A stretch of 64,000 nucleotides of DNA from an uncultured Christensenella sp. (GTDB lineage Bacteria > Bacillota > Clostridia > Christensenellales > UBA3700), in assembly GCA_910576875.1 (NCBI GenBank), contig CAJTKI010000001.1, forward strand, positions 350 to 64,349, given 5' to 3'. Numbering within the stretch: the stretch's first letter is position 1; each line of letters opens with the position of its first letter. Made by a program: the position numbers and the translations under genes. The notes under the pieces were generated by a model, which did not search any database, was not told the origin of the DNA, and was given only the letters and a program-made list of their open reading frames with translations. Of the stretch, positions 1-8,559 are shown in pieces.

Positions 1-1149
1 CGACTGCGACGCGCCCAACGTCGGCGCGTCGATCGGGTCGCTCACGTCCGCAACCGCCTTCGTCAAATTGAGATGCAACGCGGGACGCACGGCTTGCGTC
101 GTCTGGACGGTCGTATAACTTTTGCCGCCGGACGCCGACAACGAGCGCATGTTTTGCGCGCCGTAGTAGTCGCTGGTACGCACCCACATGCTGTTGCTGC
201 CGTTGGAAAGTTGATTGTTCGACAATGCCCAAATGCCGGCCAACGACGCATATCCCGTCTCCGCTACGCTCGGCAACCACAAATAGTCGTCCGCCCAATC
301 CGTATAATGCGGTTTTGCCCCGTTGGCATTGGTCTCGCTGTAATTCCACTTCTGATCGTTTTGGGAATACCGCTCGGTGCTCAACACGCCGTAACCTTCG
401 TTTTGACAAGTATACCAACCGTCCGACAACGCGCCCGGCAGCGCAACGATCGTCTCCGTCTCCTGATACGCGACGTCGCGCGGACGAATCAAATACTGCG
501 TCAACGACATATTGTTGCCGTTGGCGTCGTTGACCGTACCCATCGTAAAACGCGCATACGGGTGCGAGGCGCTCTGCGGTTCTTGCGTCAAAGTCGTGTC
601 GCCGTACTTTTCGATATACCCGCATCCGCCGCTGTTGAGCGCACTCGCGCGCAAATAGCTCGTGCTGTACATGTTGCTGGGATACGTACCCGGCTCGGAT
701 GACTCCCACAAGTTAAATTTGGACATGTCCGAAGACTGGGTCCGCCACAGCGTCACGATCGTATTGTTGTTTCTATCCTGCGTGAGATGCGTGACCGTCC
801 ATTCGTACCCGCCGAACGTCACGACGATATCCTGCGAGCCGTTGCGGTCGTACAATTGCTTGGCGGTTTGCGCGCCCAACGCCGAAACTTGGGAAAGCCC
901 CGCGCCCGCTCCGCCGAGCGCTTCGAGCAAATCTTCCACCGTCGCGCGGTTGAATGCTTTGCCGTCCGCGCGCGTTTCGTAATGATTGGACAACAATTCC
1001 CCGACCTTGATTGCCGATCCCGTGTTCATCGCATAAGCGGTATCGGGACTCGTAAACCATGCCGCGCCGCACAGAAATACGGTCAGCAGCAAAATGCAGA
1101 CGATTATGCCGCAACGATGACTTTTGATGTTCTTCCGATATGTATTCAT
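1..1149 (-). CDS. Membrane-anchored or secreted hypothetical protein, C-terminus off window (DUF6273-like C-terminal motif)
   Basis: Absent from the ORF track because it has no stop in the window. I read + strand frame 1 codon by codon from 1 to 1149 and found no TTA/CTA/TCA; the ATG is the complement of 1147-1149. Translation starts MNTYRKNIKSHRCGIIVCILLLTVFLCGAAW (basic stretch plus hydrophobic anchor). Near the window edge it reads MWVRTSDYYG...AVRPALHLNL, resembling the W-x-R-[ST]...VRPAL motif of DUF6273-type Firmicute surface proteins. Confidence 0.55.
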   Translation of the reverse strand, partial: MNTYRKNIKSHRCGIIVCILLLTVFLCGAAWFTSPDTAYAMNTGSAIKVGELLSNHYETRADGKAFNRATVEDLLEALGGAGAGLSQVSALGAQTAKQLYDRNGSQDIVVTFGGYEWTVTHLTQDRNNNTIVTLWRTQSSDMSKFNLWESSEPGTYPSNMYSTSYLRASALNSGGCGYIEKYGDTTLTQEPQSASHPYARFTMGTVNDANGNNMSLTQYLIRPRDVAYQETETIVALPGALSDGWYTCQNEGYGVLSTERYSQNDQKWNYSETNANGAKPHYTDWADDYLWLPSVAETGYASLAGIWALSNNQLSNGSNSMWVRTSDYYGAQNMRSLSASGGKSYTTVQTTQAVRPALHLNLTKAVADVSDPIDAPTLGASQS

Positions 1150-1207
1150 AGTTTCTTTTCCAGATGATTCTACCTATCCCAATCGCCACGCAAACCATTC
1201 GAATAAA

Positions 1208-1234
1208 GTTCATATAATATGATATTCCATGAAC
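1208..1234. repeat. Imperfect copy of a 27-bp palindrome (GTTCATATAATAT-G-ATATTCCATGAAC) followed by a T-run
   Basis: Read directly. The right arm is identical to 1401-1413; the left arm has 2 mismatches. Confidence 0.85.
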
Positions 1235-1248
1235 TTTTTTACATATCA

Positions 1249-1277
1249 ATTTTAACTACTAATTTATATAAAGTCAA
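1249..1277 (-). promoter_or_regulatory. Sigma-A-like promoter TTGACT-17-TAAAAT facing the 1-1149 gene
   Basis: The minus strand reads cTTGACTttatataaattagtagtTAAAATtg. The palindrome at 1208-1234 lies just downstream of the predicted transcription start site (TSS). Confidence 0.35.
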
Positions 1278-1320
1278 GACAATCGTTCGGCAAAGTGCGA
1301 AAAGGCAAATTTTTACAAGG

Positions 1321-1353
1321 CTTTTCCTATAATTTTGATAACTTTTCCTATAA
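1321..1353. repeat. Direct repeat CTTTTCCTATAA x2 with 21-bp phasing
   Basis: CTTTTCCTATAA occurs at 1321-1332 and again at 1342-1353. Confidence 0.8.
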
Positions 1354-1386
1354 ATTCCGTCGCCGCGGCGGCTATATCTTAAAATA

Positions 1387-1413
1387 GTTCATGGAATATC
1401 ATATTCCATGAAC
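1387..1413. repeat. Perfect 27-bp palindrome GTTCATGGAATAT-C-ATATTCCATGAAC followed by TTTTT
   Basis: The reverse complement of GTTCATGGAATAT equals ATATTCCATGAAC. An A-run lies upstream and a T-run downstream. Confidence 0.9.
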
Positions 1414-1632
1414 TTTTTGCTTGTGTTTTTCACAAGAATTTCGCTATCGAAACGCGCGATTTTCGGACATATTTCGCCTCTCGTCTATCTCGCAAATAAC
1501 CGATAACCGTATCGCGCCGAACGTACGGATCGATGACGGCGCATCCGCGTATTCGCGCGCAATCGCGACGCTGCGCATCCTTGTACGATCGCGATGCGGC
1601 GATATCCTATCCGACCGTATGCGCGATCCAAC

Positions 1633-1662
1633 GTATAAATTTTATCTCCGGCGGGGACACTT
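1633..1662 (+). promoter_or_regulatory. Forespore sigma-F/G-like promoter candidate GTATA-15-GGGGACACTT upstream of the ger operon
   Basis: It matches the B. subtilis sigma-F type consensus as I recall it (GCATR-15-GGnRAYAMTW) at all -10 positions, with one -35 mismatch. The -10 ends 6-7 nt before ATG 1669. Confidence 0.3.
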
Positions 1663-1668
1663 GGAGAT

Positions 1669-3105
1669 ATGAAAGTGGATTACGCGCAAATATCGCAACG
1701 TATTTTGGATACGTTCGGCAATACGATGGACGTCGTCCAGATCCCGTTCCGATGCGCGGGGTTGGACGGCGGCGTCTTCTTTTTGGACGGTTTTATCGAC
1801 AAACTGCTGTTCGAGAACAACATCCTGCGACCGGTCAAGGCGATGCAGTCGCTGCAACCGCCGTACGGCGAAGCGATCCAAGCGGCGACGCTCGTCACGA
1901 CGCCGTTGCAATGCGTTGACGACGAACAGCAGGCGATCACGCACATCGCAGGCGGCGATATCGTCATGCTGATCGACGGCGCGGAACAGTTCTTCGTCTT
2001 CTCGGAAAAACAATACAGCATCCGCGGGATACAAGAACCTCCGGTATCGACCGTGTTGCGCGGTCCGCGCGAAGGCTTTGTCGAAGATTTCAAAACCAAT
2101 CTGACTTTGTTGCGCCGCCGCATGGCGACGCCCAATCTGCGTTTTGAAATGCTGACGCTGGGCAAATACACGGGCACGCGCGTCGTCATATCCTGGCTGG
2201 ACGGCGTCGCCGATCCGAAGATCGTACAGCAGGTCAAAGACAAACTGCAAACGATCGATCGCGACGGCATCATCGAATCGTCCTATGTCGCGCGCTATCT
2301 GGAAAATCACAAGATGTCGATCTTCTCTCAAGTCGGCGCAACCGAAAAGCCGGATATCGCGACCGCCAAAATGCTGGAAGGCCGCATCGCGATCGTCGTG
2401 GACGGCTCGCCGATGGTACTGACGGTGCCGTTCGTACTGTACGAAAGCTTTCAGGCAAGCGAAGACTATTATATCAAAAGCTACCGCGCGTCGCTGATCC
2501 GCGGCATTCGATTGATCGCGGTCATGATCGCGATCTTATTGCCTGCGATCTATGTCGCGTTGCAACAATTCCAGTATCAGATGTTTCCGCTCAAATTCCT
2601 GATCACGATCATGAATTCGATCTACGGCATTCCGCTGACGCCGACGCTGGAAATGCTGCTGGTACTCGTCATATTCGAGATTCTCAACGAAGCGTCCATC
2701 CGCATGCCGCGGTACGTGGGTATGGCGCTGAGCATCGTCGGCGCAATGGTGCTGGGCGAAACCGCGGTCAACGCCGGTCTGCTCTCCACTCCTGCGATCT
2801 TGGTCATCGCGGTATCGACGATCGGTCTGTACTGCGTGCCGGACGAATCCAATACGTCGAGCGTGCTGCGATTCTTCTTCGTCGCGATCGCGGGCGTACT
2901 GGGACTGCTGGGCGTGCTGCTGTGCTCGATCATGCTGATCGCCTATCTGTGCACGCTGGACAGCATGGGCACGTCGTTCCTGGCGCCGTTCGCGCCGGCG
3001 ATCGTCCATGACTGGCAGGACGGCATCTTGAAAAGCAACGTCACCGATATGGACGAACGTCCGTACACGATTCCGACCAAAAACCGTACAAGGATCCGCA
3101 AATGA
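1669..3105 (+). CDS. Spore germination protein, GerA family A subunit
   Basis: 478 aa. The soluble N-terminal half (FLDGFIDKLLFENNILRPV..., LRGPREGFVEDFKTNLTLLRRR) is followed by C-terminal TM helices, typical of GerAA/GerKA. It is first of a three-gene A-B-C operon. The start may instead be GTG 1675. Confidence 0.9.
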   Translation: MKVDYAQISQRILDTFGNTMDVVQIPFRCAGLDGGVFFLDGFIDKLLFENNILRPVKAMQSLQPPYGEAIQAATLVTTPLQCVDDEQQAITHIAGGDIVMLIDGAEQFFVFSEKQYSIRGIQEPPVSTVLRGPREGFVEDFKTNLTLLRRRMATPNLRFEMLTLGKYTGTRVVISWLDGVADPKIVQQVKDKLQTIDRDGIIESSYVARYLENHKMSIFSQVGATEKPDIATAKMLEGRIAIVVDGSPMVLTVPFVLYESFQASEDYYIKSYRASLIRGIRLIAVMIAILLPAIYVALQQFQYQMFPLKFLITIMNSIYGIPLTPTLEMLLVLVIFEILNEASIRMPRYVGMALSIVGAMVLGETAVNAGLLSTPAILVIAVSTIGLYCVPDESNTSSVLRFFFVAIAGVLGLLGVLLCSIMLIAYLCTLDSMGTSFLAPFAPAIVHDWQDGILKSNVTDMDERPYTIPTKNRTRIRK

Positions 3106-4259
3106 ATACTTCTCAAACGTCTTATCAAGTCTATCCGCGGCAGTTTTTTCTGCTGGCGTTTATCAGCGCGGTATGCTTTAAGGTCGTCATGCTGCCCCAA
3201 TACCTGAGCGTAGGCGCGGGGCGCATGGCGTATCTGACGATGGCATGGATGATGTTGATCGAGCTGGGCATGCTCGGCATCGTCTACGGATTCGTATCGC
3301 GCGCGTCGCTGTTCGGATCCAACCTGCCCGACTGGCTCAAAGCCGTACTCGCGCTCGCGATACTGGCGAGCAGTCTGTTCAAAGGTTCGATCCTGTGCTG
3401 CGAAAGTCTGCATTATATCTGCACCGCGCTCTTCGACAATGCGACGTGGAGCTACGCGATGCTTGCGCTGCTGCCGTGTCTGTTCTATTTGTCGTACAAA
3501 GGCGGCAATATCTTGGCGCGCACGAGCGAAATCCTGTTTTGGTTTCTCGCGGCGGCGTTTTTGTTTAACGTCATGTTCGCGCATGCGGAAGGCAGCTTGT
3601 CCAATCTCTCGCCCTTCCAGCCCGACGCAAGCGTATGGACGACGGCGGATCGGCATCTGATCTGGTTCGGCGATTTTACGCCTTTGCTGTTTTTGCAAGT
3701 CGTGCCGACCAAAAAGAAATCGCGCGTATACGGCATTCTCACCGTTTTGGCGACGCTGATCTGTCCGGTCCTGCTGATGCTGGCGTTCCAAACGATCTAC
3801 GGCGGAGGCGGCGTGCTGGTATCCAATGCGTTCAGCAAGCTGTCGATCTTCAACAAAATCTCGTTCCTGCTCGGAACGGTGGACTTCCCGACCGTGTGCG
3901 CCTGGCTGATGATGGCGACGATCAAACTGTCGCTGATCCTGTACGGCGCTGCGCAGTGTTTGCACTATTTTGTGCGCAAACACGCGATCGTAAGTTCGAT
4001 CCTCGTCACGCTTGCAATGGGCGCGATCGTCCTGATTGCGCTCGGCTCGATCGGCAATGCATATCGCGTCGCGACGACGTGGATACGCTATCTGTTCGGA
4101 CTGCTCGAATACGCCGTCCCGATGATCGCGTATACCGCGCTCCGAATCTGCAATCGCAAATCCGACGCGCGTCTTCCGATTGCGCTGAACGACGCGCCGC
4201 GTCCCAAAGCGCTGCCCGAACGCTCCGGATCCGCCGCGCCCCAAGGAGAATCGCTATGA
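3102..4259 (+). CDS. Spore germination protein, GerAB-type permease (APC-like) subunit
   Basis: 385 aa polytopic membrane protein. Its ATG overlaps the upstream stop (ATGA) and it sits between the A and C subunits. Confidence 0.85.
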   Translation: MNTSQTSYQVYPRQFFLLAFISAVCFKVVMLPQYLSVGAGRMAYLTMAWMMLIELGMLGIVYGFVSRASLFGSNLPDWLKAVLALAILASSLFKGSILCCESLHYICTALFDNATWSYAMLALLPCLFYLSYKGGNILARTSEILFWFLAAAFLFNVMFAHAEGSLSNLSPFQPDASVWTTADRHLIWFGDFTPLLFLQVVPTKKKSRVYGILTVLATLICPVLLMLAFQTIYGGGGVLVSNAFSKLSIFNKISFLLGTVDFPTVCAWLMMATIKLSLILYGAAQCLHYFVRKHAIVSSILVTLAMGAIVLIALGSIGNAYRVATTWIRYLFGLLEYAVPMIAYTALRICNRKSDARLPIALNDAPRPKALPERSGSAAPQGESL

Positions 4260-5416
4260 AAAAGATCGACATGAGCAAAATTACCGGCAAAAAATGGCTG
4301 ATGATCTTGATCATTATCGTGCTGTTGATCATATATGACGGTTTGGCGGTACAGACGAGCATCGTTTCGCGCGCGGTCGCGGTCGGCATTGCAATCGATC
4401 TGGACGATCAAAATCAAATCGAACTGTCCGCGCAGGTCATTTTGCCCCGCAACGGCGGACAGACGCAAGGCGGCAACGACTTTGCGATCTTTACCGCAAG
4501 CGGCGAAACGATTCAGGAATGCGTGGCGGAAATGAATACGTCGATCGGCGCGATCGCGAGTTTTGCGCACACGACCGTTATCGTACTCGGCAAAAAAATG
4601 CTCGACGACGGACGCACCGACATCTTGCGCGAAATGATGGCGTCGCCGATCGTGTCGGACAACGTGCAGCTCGTATGCGCCGAAGACAAAGCCAAAGACA
4701 TCCTCACCGCCAAAGTCTCGATCAACGAAGTCAGTTCCTACCATCTGCAACGACTTCTGCAAAGCGGTCACAACCAAAGCTCGGTCATACCGACCAACCT
4801 GAAAACCTTCTTCATGCACTATACGCACGTCGGACAGACGTCGTATATGCCGATCGTCGTCCGCAAAGAGACGGACAAACCGATCAGCAACGGCGGACAA
4901 GGCGGCGACGACAAAGAGCCGTATTATCTGCTCGACGTGAGCAATACCCTCGTGTATACGCGCGACCGATATTGCTGCCAACTCAACCGCGAACAGAGTC
5001 GGGGATTGAGTTATGTGCTGTTTGCGCTCGACGACGGCATCTTGACCTACGAAGACGATCGCGGCAAACTGTCCGAAGCCACGCTCGTACGCAGCCGCTG
5101 CGACCGCACCTACAACCGCGATACGCGCGAAGTCGTCCTGACGATCACGATGATCATCCGCAATGCGCAGAATTCCAATCTGGACCACGACGCGTTCGAC
5201 GTCGCGCTGTCCGATACGGAACGCGCGCGCATCGAAACGAATGTACGAAACGATATCTTAAACTGCTACGAATATGCAAAATCCAACGGCGCGGACGTAT
5301 TCTTCTTGGGCGAGACGGCGTACGGATCGTTGGGCAAATATTGGGAATACAAAGACGATCCCGACTATTTGCAGAAAATGCTTTTGCGCGTCGAGATCCG
5401 TCTAAGATCGGAATGA
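4256..5416 (+). CDS. Spore germination protein, Ger(x)C family C subunit
   Basis: Start reset to ATG 4256 (ATGA overlap with the gerAB stop) inside track ORF 3635-5416. The sequence MKKIDMSKITGKKWLMILIIIVLLI...AVAVGIAIDLDDQNQIELSAQVILP is typical of the GerAC N-domain. No lipobox Cys is present. Confidence 0.85.
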   Translation: MKKIDMSKITGKKWLMILIIIVLLIIYDGLAVQTSIVSRAVAVGIAIDLDDQNQIELSAQVILPRNGGQTQGGNDFAIFTASGETIQECVAEMNTSIGAIASFAHTTVIVLGKKMLDDGRTDILREMMASPIVSDNVQLVCAEDKAKDILTAKVSINEVSSYHLQRLLQSGHNQSSVIPTNLKTFFMHYTHVGQTSYMPIVVRKETDKPISNGGQGGDDKEPYYLLDVSNTLVYTRDRYCCQLNREQSRGLSYVLFALDDGILTYEDDRGKLSEATLVRSRCDRTYNRDTREVVLTITMIIRNAQNSNLDHDAFDVALSDTERARIETNVRNDILNCYEYAKSNGADVFFLGETAYGSLGKYWEYKDDPDYLQKMLLRVEIRLRSE

Positions 5417-6391
5417 TCAGGGCGTATCCGACGCAGACTGCACGCGCGCGATTTTGCCCTGTACCGTCGCGTACGTATCGCGACGCAGCACGCGTTCGGA
5501 AACGATTTGACCGTCGCGTCTGCGAATCTCTCGCGCAAGGGTACACAGTCCGTTTTTGGACGCGCGCAACGTGACGTAAGAACCGTATTCGTCCGTTTGA
5601 ATCGCGCCGTACCCATCCAACGTCGGCACGTATATCGTCTCCGCGGCAGGCGGCGGGACGGTGCGCTCGATCTCGGAGACGATCTCGATCTCATAACCGC
5701 TCGGCGTGCCGTATAAATCGAATACGACGCGATCGCCGTCCAAATATCCGTTGATCAAAACGTCGGCGTTGCTGTCGTTGACGAGTACGAGATCGATCCA
5801 TTCGGTCACGGTCGCGTCCTGCGACAAATCGCAGTACGAAGACGGCAACGAATGCGCGCGCACCGATTCGACGCCCAAGCCCGCGCGGATCCAAGCGTTG
5901 TACAGCGTACTGGATACCTGACACACGCCGCCCCCGACGCCGGGTACGTATTCTCCTCCGACGATGACTTTTGCTTCGCGATATCCGCGCTCGATCGTAC
6001 GCAATCCGACGACCGCGTTAAACGACAAAACTCCGCCCGGCTGTACCGCCAACCAAGAAAAATTGGACGTCGCCAACGCGACGTTGTGCCTGCGATCCGC
6101 GCCGGACGTCGCGATCGATGTGCGGAAGGACGCGATGCGACGCATGCCGCGCGTTTCGTTCGCCGCGGCGCTTTGTCCGTTATCCGCCGTCAAAATCGCG
6201 ACCGCTCCGTCCGATGCCTGCAAAACGCATGCCGCCCGCATCGCGCGCGTCGTATACAGCCCCCATCCGAACGTCGCCGCCGCGATGATCGCCAACAACG
6301 AGATTAAAATCCACTTCTTTGCAACTCTCACGCCGATAGTATGTACGCGATTGCGGTTTCTATCATCCGCCCGACGCGCATGCCGGCGCAA
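5417..6391 (-). CDS. VanW family protein
   Basis: VQPGGVLSFNAVVGLRTIERGYREAKVIVGGEYVPGVGGGVCQVSSTLYNA is the VanW domain signature, and there is an N-terminal TM helix. The start is uncertain: TTG 6391, GTG 6331 or GTG 6325, none with a clear SD. Confidence 0.8.
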   Translation of the reverse strand: MRRHARRADDRNRNRVHTIGVRVAKKWILISLLAIIAAATFGWGLYTTRAMRAACVLQASDGAVAILTADNGQSAAANETRGMRRIASFRTSIATSGADRRHNVALATSNFSWLAVQPGGVLSFNAVVGLRTIERGYREAKVIVGGEYVPGVGGGVCQVSSTLYNAWIRAGLGVESVRAHSLPSSYCDLSQDATVTEWIDLVLVNDSNADVLINGYLDGDRVVFDLYGTPSGYEIEIVSEIERTVPPPAAETIYVPTLDGYGAIQTDEYGSYVTLRASKNGLCTLAREIRRRDGQIVSERVLRRDTYATVQGKIARVQSASDTP

Positions 6392-7201
6392 TCAAATCGA
6401 CAGACGTTTTTTCAAAGCTTTATCGGGCGACCAACGCACGCAACCCATCTCGATATTGCCGCGATTCTCTCCGTGGTAATCGCTGCCGCCCGTCATCCAA
6501 AGACGATTGTGTTGCGCGATCCGCGCAAGCCGATCCGCCGTCTTGGCGTCGTGCGACGGATAATAGACTTCCAAGCCTTCCAAGCCGTACGGACGCAGTC
6601 CGTCGATCAAATCCTGCAAACGGTTGCTCGTCAACAGTCGCATCGGATGCGCGATGACCGCTACGCCGCCCGCATCCCGTATCAGCTGCACGCCGTGCGA
6701 CGGAATGATGCGTTTGGACGGACAATATACGCAGCCGTTCTGTCCGAGATAACGGTCGAACGCTTCCGGCACGTTCGCGCAATAGCCTGCGGATACGAGC
6801 ATTTTGGCAATGTGCATGCGTCCGACGTTGGGCAATCCGTCCAACTGCGACGCATCCAGTTCGATCCGATATGCGCGCAATTTGGCAAGAATTTCCGCCG
6901 CGCGTTCGCGACGCATCTGCGCAAACGTCTCCAAGCGTTCGAGCAAATTTGCGTTTTGCGGATCGATGCCGTATCCGAGAATATGAATCTCCGTCGTGGA
7001 ATACGTCGACAATTCGATCCCGTCCACGAGCGCAACGTTCGTCCCGCGGCACGCTTCCCGCGCGCGCGACAGACCGCCCACGCTGTCGTGGTCGGTCAAA
7101 GCAATCGCTTCCATCCCCGAACGCGCCGCGCGTTCGACGATCTGCTCGGGCGTATCGCTGCCGTCGCTCGCCGTACTGTGGATATGCAGATCAATCTTCA
7201 C
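6392..7201 (-). CDS. PHP-domain metal-dependent phosphoesterase (TrpH/YciV-like)
   Basis: The N-terminus reads VKIDLHIHSTASDGSDTPEQIV...ALTDHD. Start set to GTG 7201 because AAGGAG lies 6 nt upstream; the track start at 7243 has no SD. It overlaps the rmuC 3' end by 11 nt. Confidence 0.85.
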   Translation of the reverse strand: MKIDLHIHSTASDGSDTPEQIVERAARSGMEAIALTDHDSVGGLSRAREACRGTNVALVDGIELSTYSTTEIHILGYGIDPQNANLLERLETFAQMRRERAAEILAKLRAYRIELDASQLDGLPNVGRMHIAKMLVSAGYCANVPEAFDRYLGQNGCVYCPSKRIIPSHGVQLIRDAGGVAVIAHPMRLLTSNRLQDLIDGLRPYGLEGLEVYYPSHDAKTADRLARIAQHNRLWMTGGSDYHGENRGNIEMGCVRWSPDKALKKRLSI

Positions 7202-8558
7202 TTGCGTCTCCTTGTATCCAATCCGCGGCGACTTGCGTCGCATCGCCCAGTTCCGGATAATCGGTCACGTCCACTTTGGACAGTTTTTTGCAGATGATGT
7301 CGTTGCGTTTGTCGACCTGGTCCAGAGACGACACGACCTTTTCGGCATTGGAACGCACCTTGCCGATCAATTCGGTAAACGTCGAAAAGTCTTTGCGGAA
7401 CGCCCCCATCAATCGGACGATCTCTCCGCTGCGCTTTTGAATTTTGAGCGTATTGAAACCCGTCTGCAAACTGTTGAGCAACGCCGCCAACGTCGTCGGT
7501 CCGCAAACCGTCACGCGCAGATCCGTCTGCAAATCGCTGACGAGCGCGCCGTTTTTGACGACTTCGGCATACAATCCTTCGACCGGAAGGTACAAGATCG
7601 CAAAATTGGTCGTCGCAGGCGGCTTGATGTATTTGTCGCGGATGCTTCTCGCCTGCGTCTTGACGCTGTCGATCAGATTGCGACGCGCGCGGGCGATGTC
7701 GTCCGAATTGCCGTGTTCGCTTGCGTCTACGAGACGTTCGTACGCGTCCATCGGGAACTTCGCGTCCATCGGCAAATATACCGTCTCTCCCGCCTGCCCG
7801 GGCATGACGATCGCAAAATCCACACGCTCCTGCGAGCGACGATTGATCTGGAATTGTTTGCGGTACTGTTCGGGCGAAAGGATTTGTTCGAGCAGACTCT
7901 CCAACGACACTTCGCCCCAGCCGCCGCGCGTCTTGACGTTCGTGAACACGCGATTGAGATTGCCCACTTGCGAAGACAGTTCTCGCATTTCGCCGAATCC
8001 CTTTTGCACCGCGTCCAGTCGTTCGCTGACCAGTTGGAACGCGTTTTTGACGCGGGTATCCAGCGTTTCGGACAATTTTTCGTCGACGGTCGCGCGCATC
8101 GTTTCCAGTTGTTCGCGGTTGTCGCGGCGCAGACGTTCGAGCGTGTCGCCGTTTTCCTTGCGCACTTCGGACAATTCGCGATTGAGCTGTACGCCGATCG
8201 CCTGTATCCCCGTCTGCATCTGCGCGCGGATCTCGCCGAGATTGCGCTCGATCTTGTCCAATACGCTGTCGATCTGTTTGGAAAACGTATTCATATACGG
8301 TTGCAACGTCGCGATCATCGCGTTGTTGGACGACGCGATCGCCTGTACGAGAATTTCGCGCGTCTGCTTGTCGGACGCTTCGGTGTATTCCTTGATCATC
8401 TGCACCGCTTCCTGCAAATTGTCGGTGATGCGATCCAATTGCTCGTTATCCGCGCCCGCGGGGCGTTTGCTGCTCGCAAGCGCCGCGATCCCGATCCCGA
8501 CCGCCGCCAACGCGCCGATTGCCGCGATCGCCGCCAATACGATCTGTGCCGTGTCCAT
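7191..8558 (-). CDS. rmuC: DNA recombination protein RmuC
   Basis: 455 aa with an N-terminal TM helix, long coiled-coil region and C-terminal block VDFAIVMPGQ...YLPMDAKFPMDAYERL...ILYLPVEGLY typical of RmuC. Confidence 0.85.
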   Translation of the reverse strand: MDTAQIVLAAIAAIGALAAVGIGIAALASSKRPAGADNEQLDRITDNLQEAVQMIKEYTEASDKQTREILVQAIASSNNAMIATLQPYMNTFSKQIDSVLDKIERNLGEIRAQMQTGIQAIGVQLNRELSEVRKENGDTLERLRRDNREQLETMRATVDEKLSETLDTRVKNAFQLVSERLDAVQKGFGEMRELSSQVGNLNRVFTNVKTRGGWGEVSLESLLEQILSPEQYRKQFQINRRSQERVDFAIVMPGQAGETVYLPMDAKFPMDAYERLVDASEHGNSDDIARARRNLIDSVKTQARSIRDKYIKPPATTNFAILYLPVEGLYAEVVKNGALVSDLQTDLRVTVCGPTTLAALLNSLQTGFNTLKIQKRSGEIVRLMGAFRKDFSTFTELIGKVRSNAEKVVSSLDQVDKRNDIICKKLSKVDVTDYPELGDATQVAADWIQGDASED

Positions 8559-8559
8559 C

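Noticed and set aside
3635-4255. N-terminal 207-aa extension of the gerC ORF in the track (593 aa)
   Set aside because: The extension overlaps the gerAB coding region in another frame and is Arg-rich. ATG 4256, with an ATGA stop-start overlap, gives a canonical GerC N-terminus.
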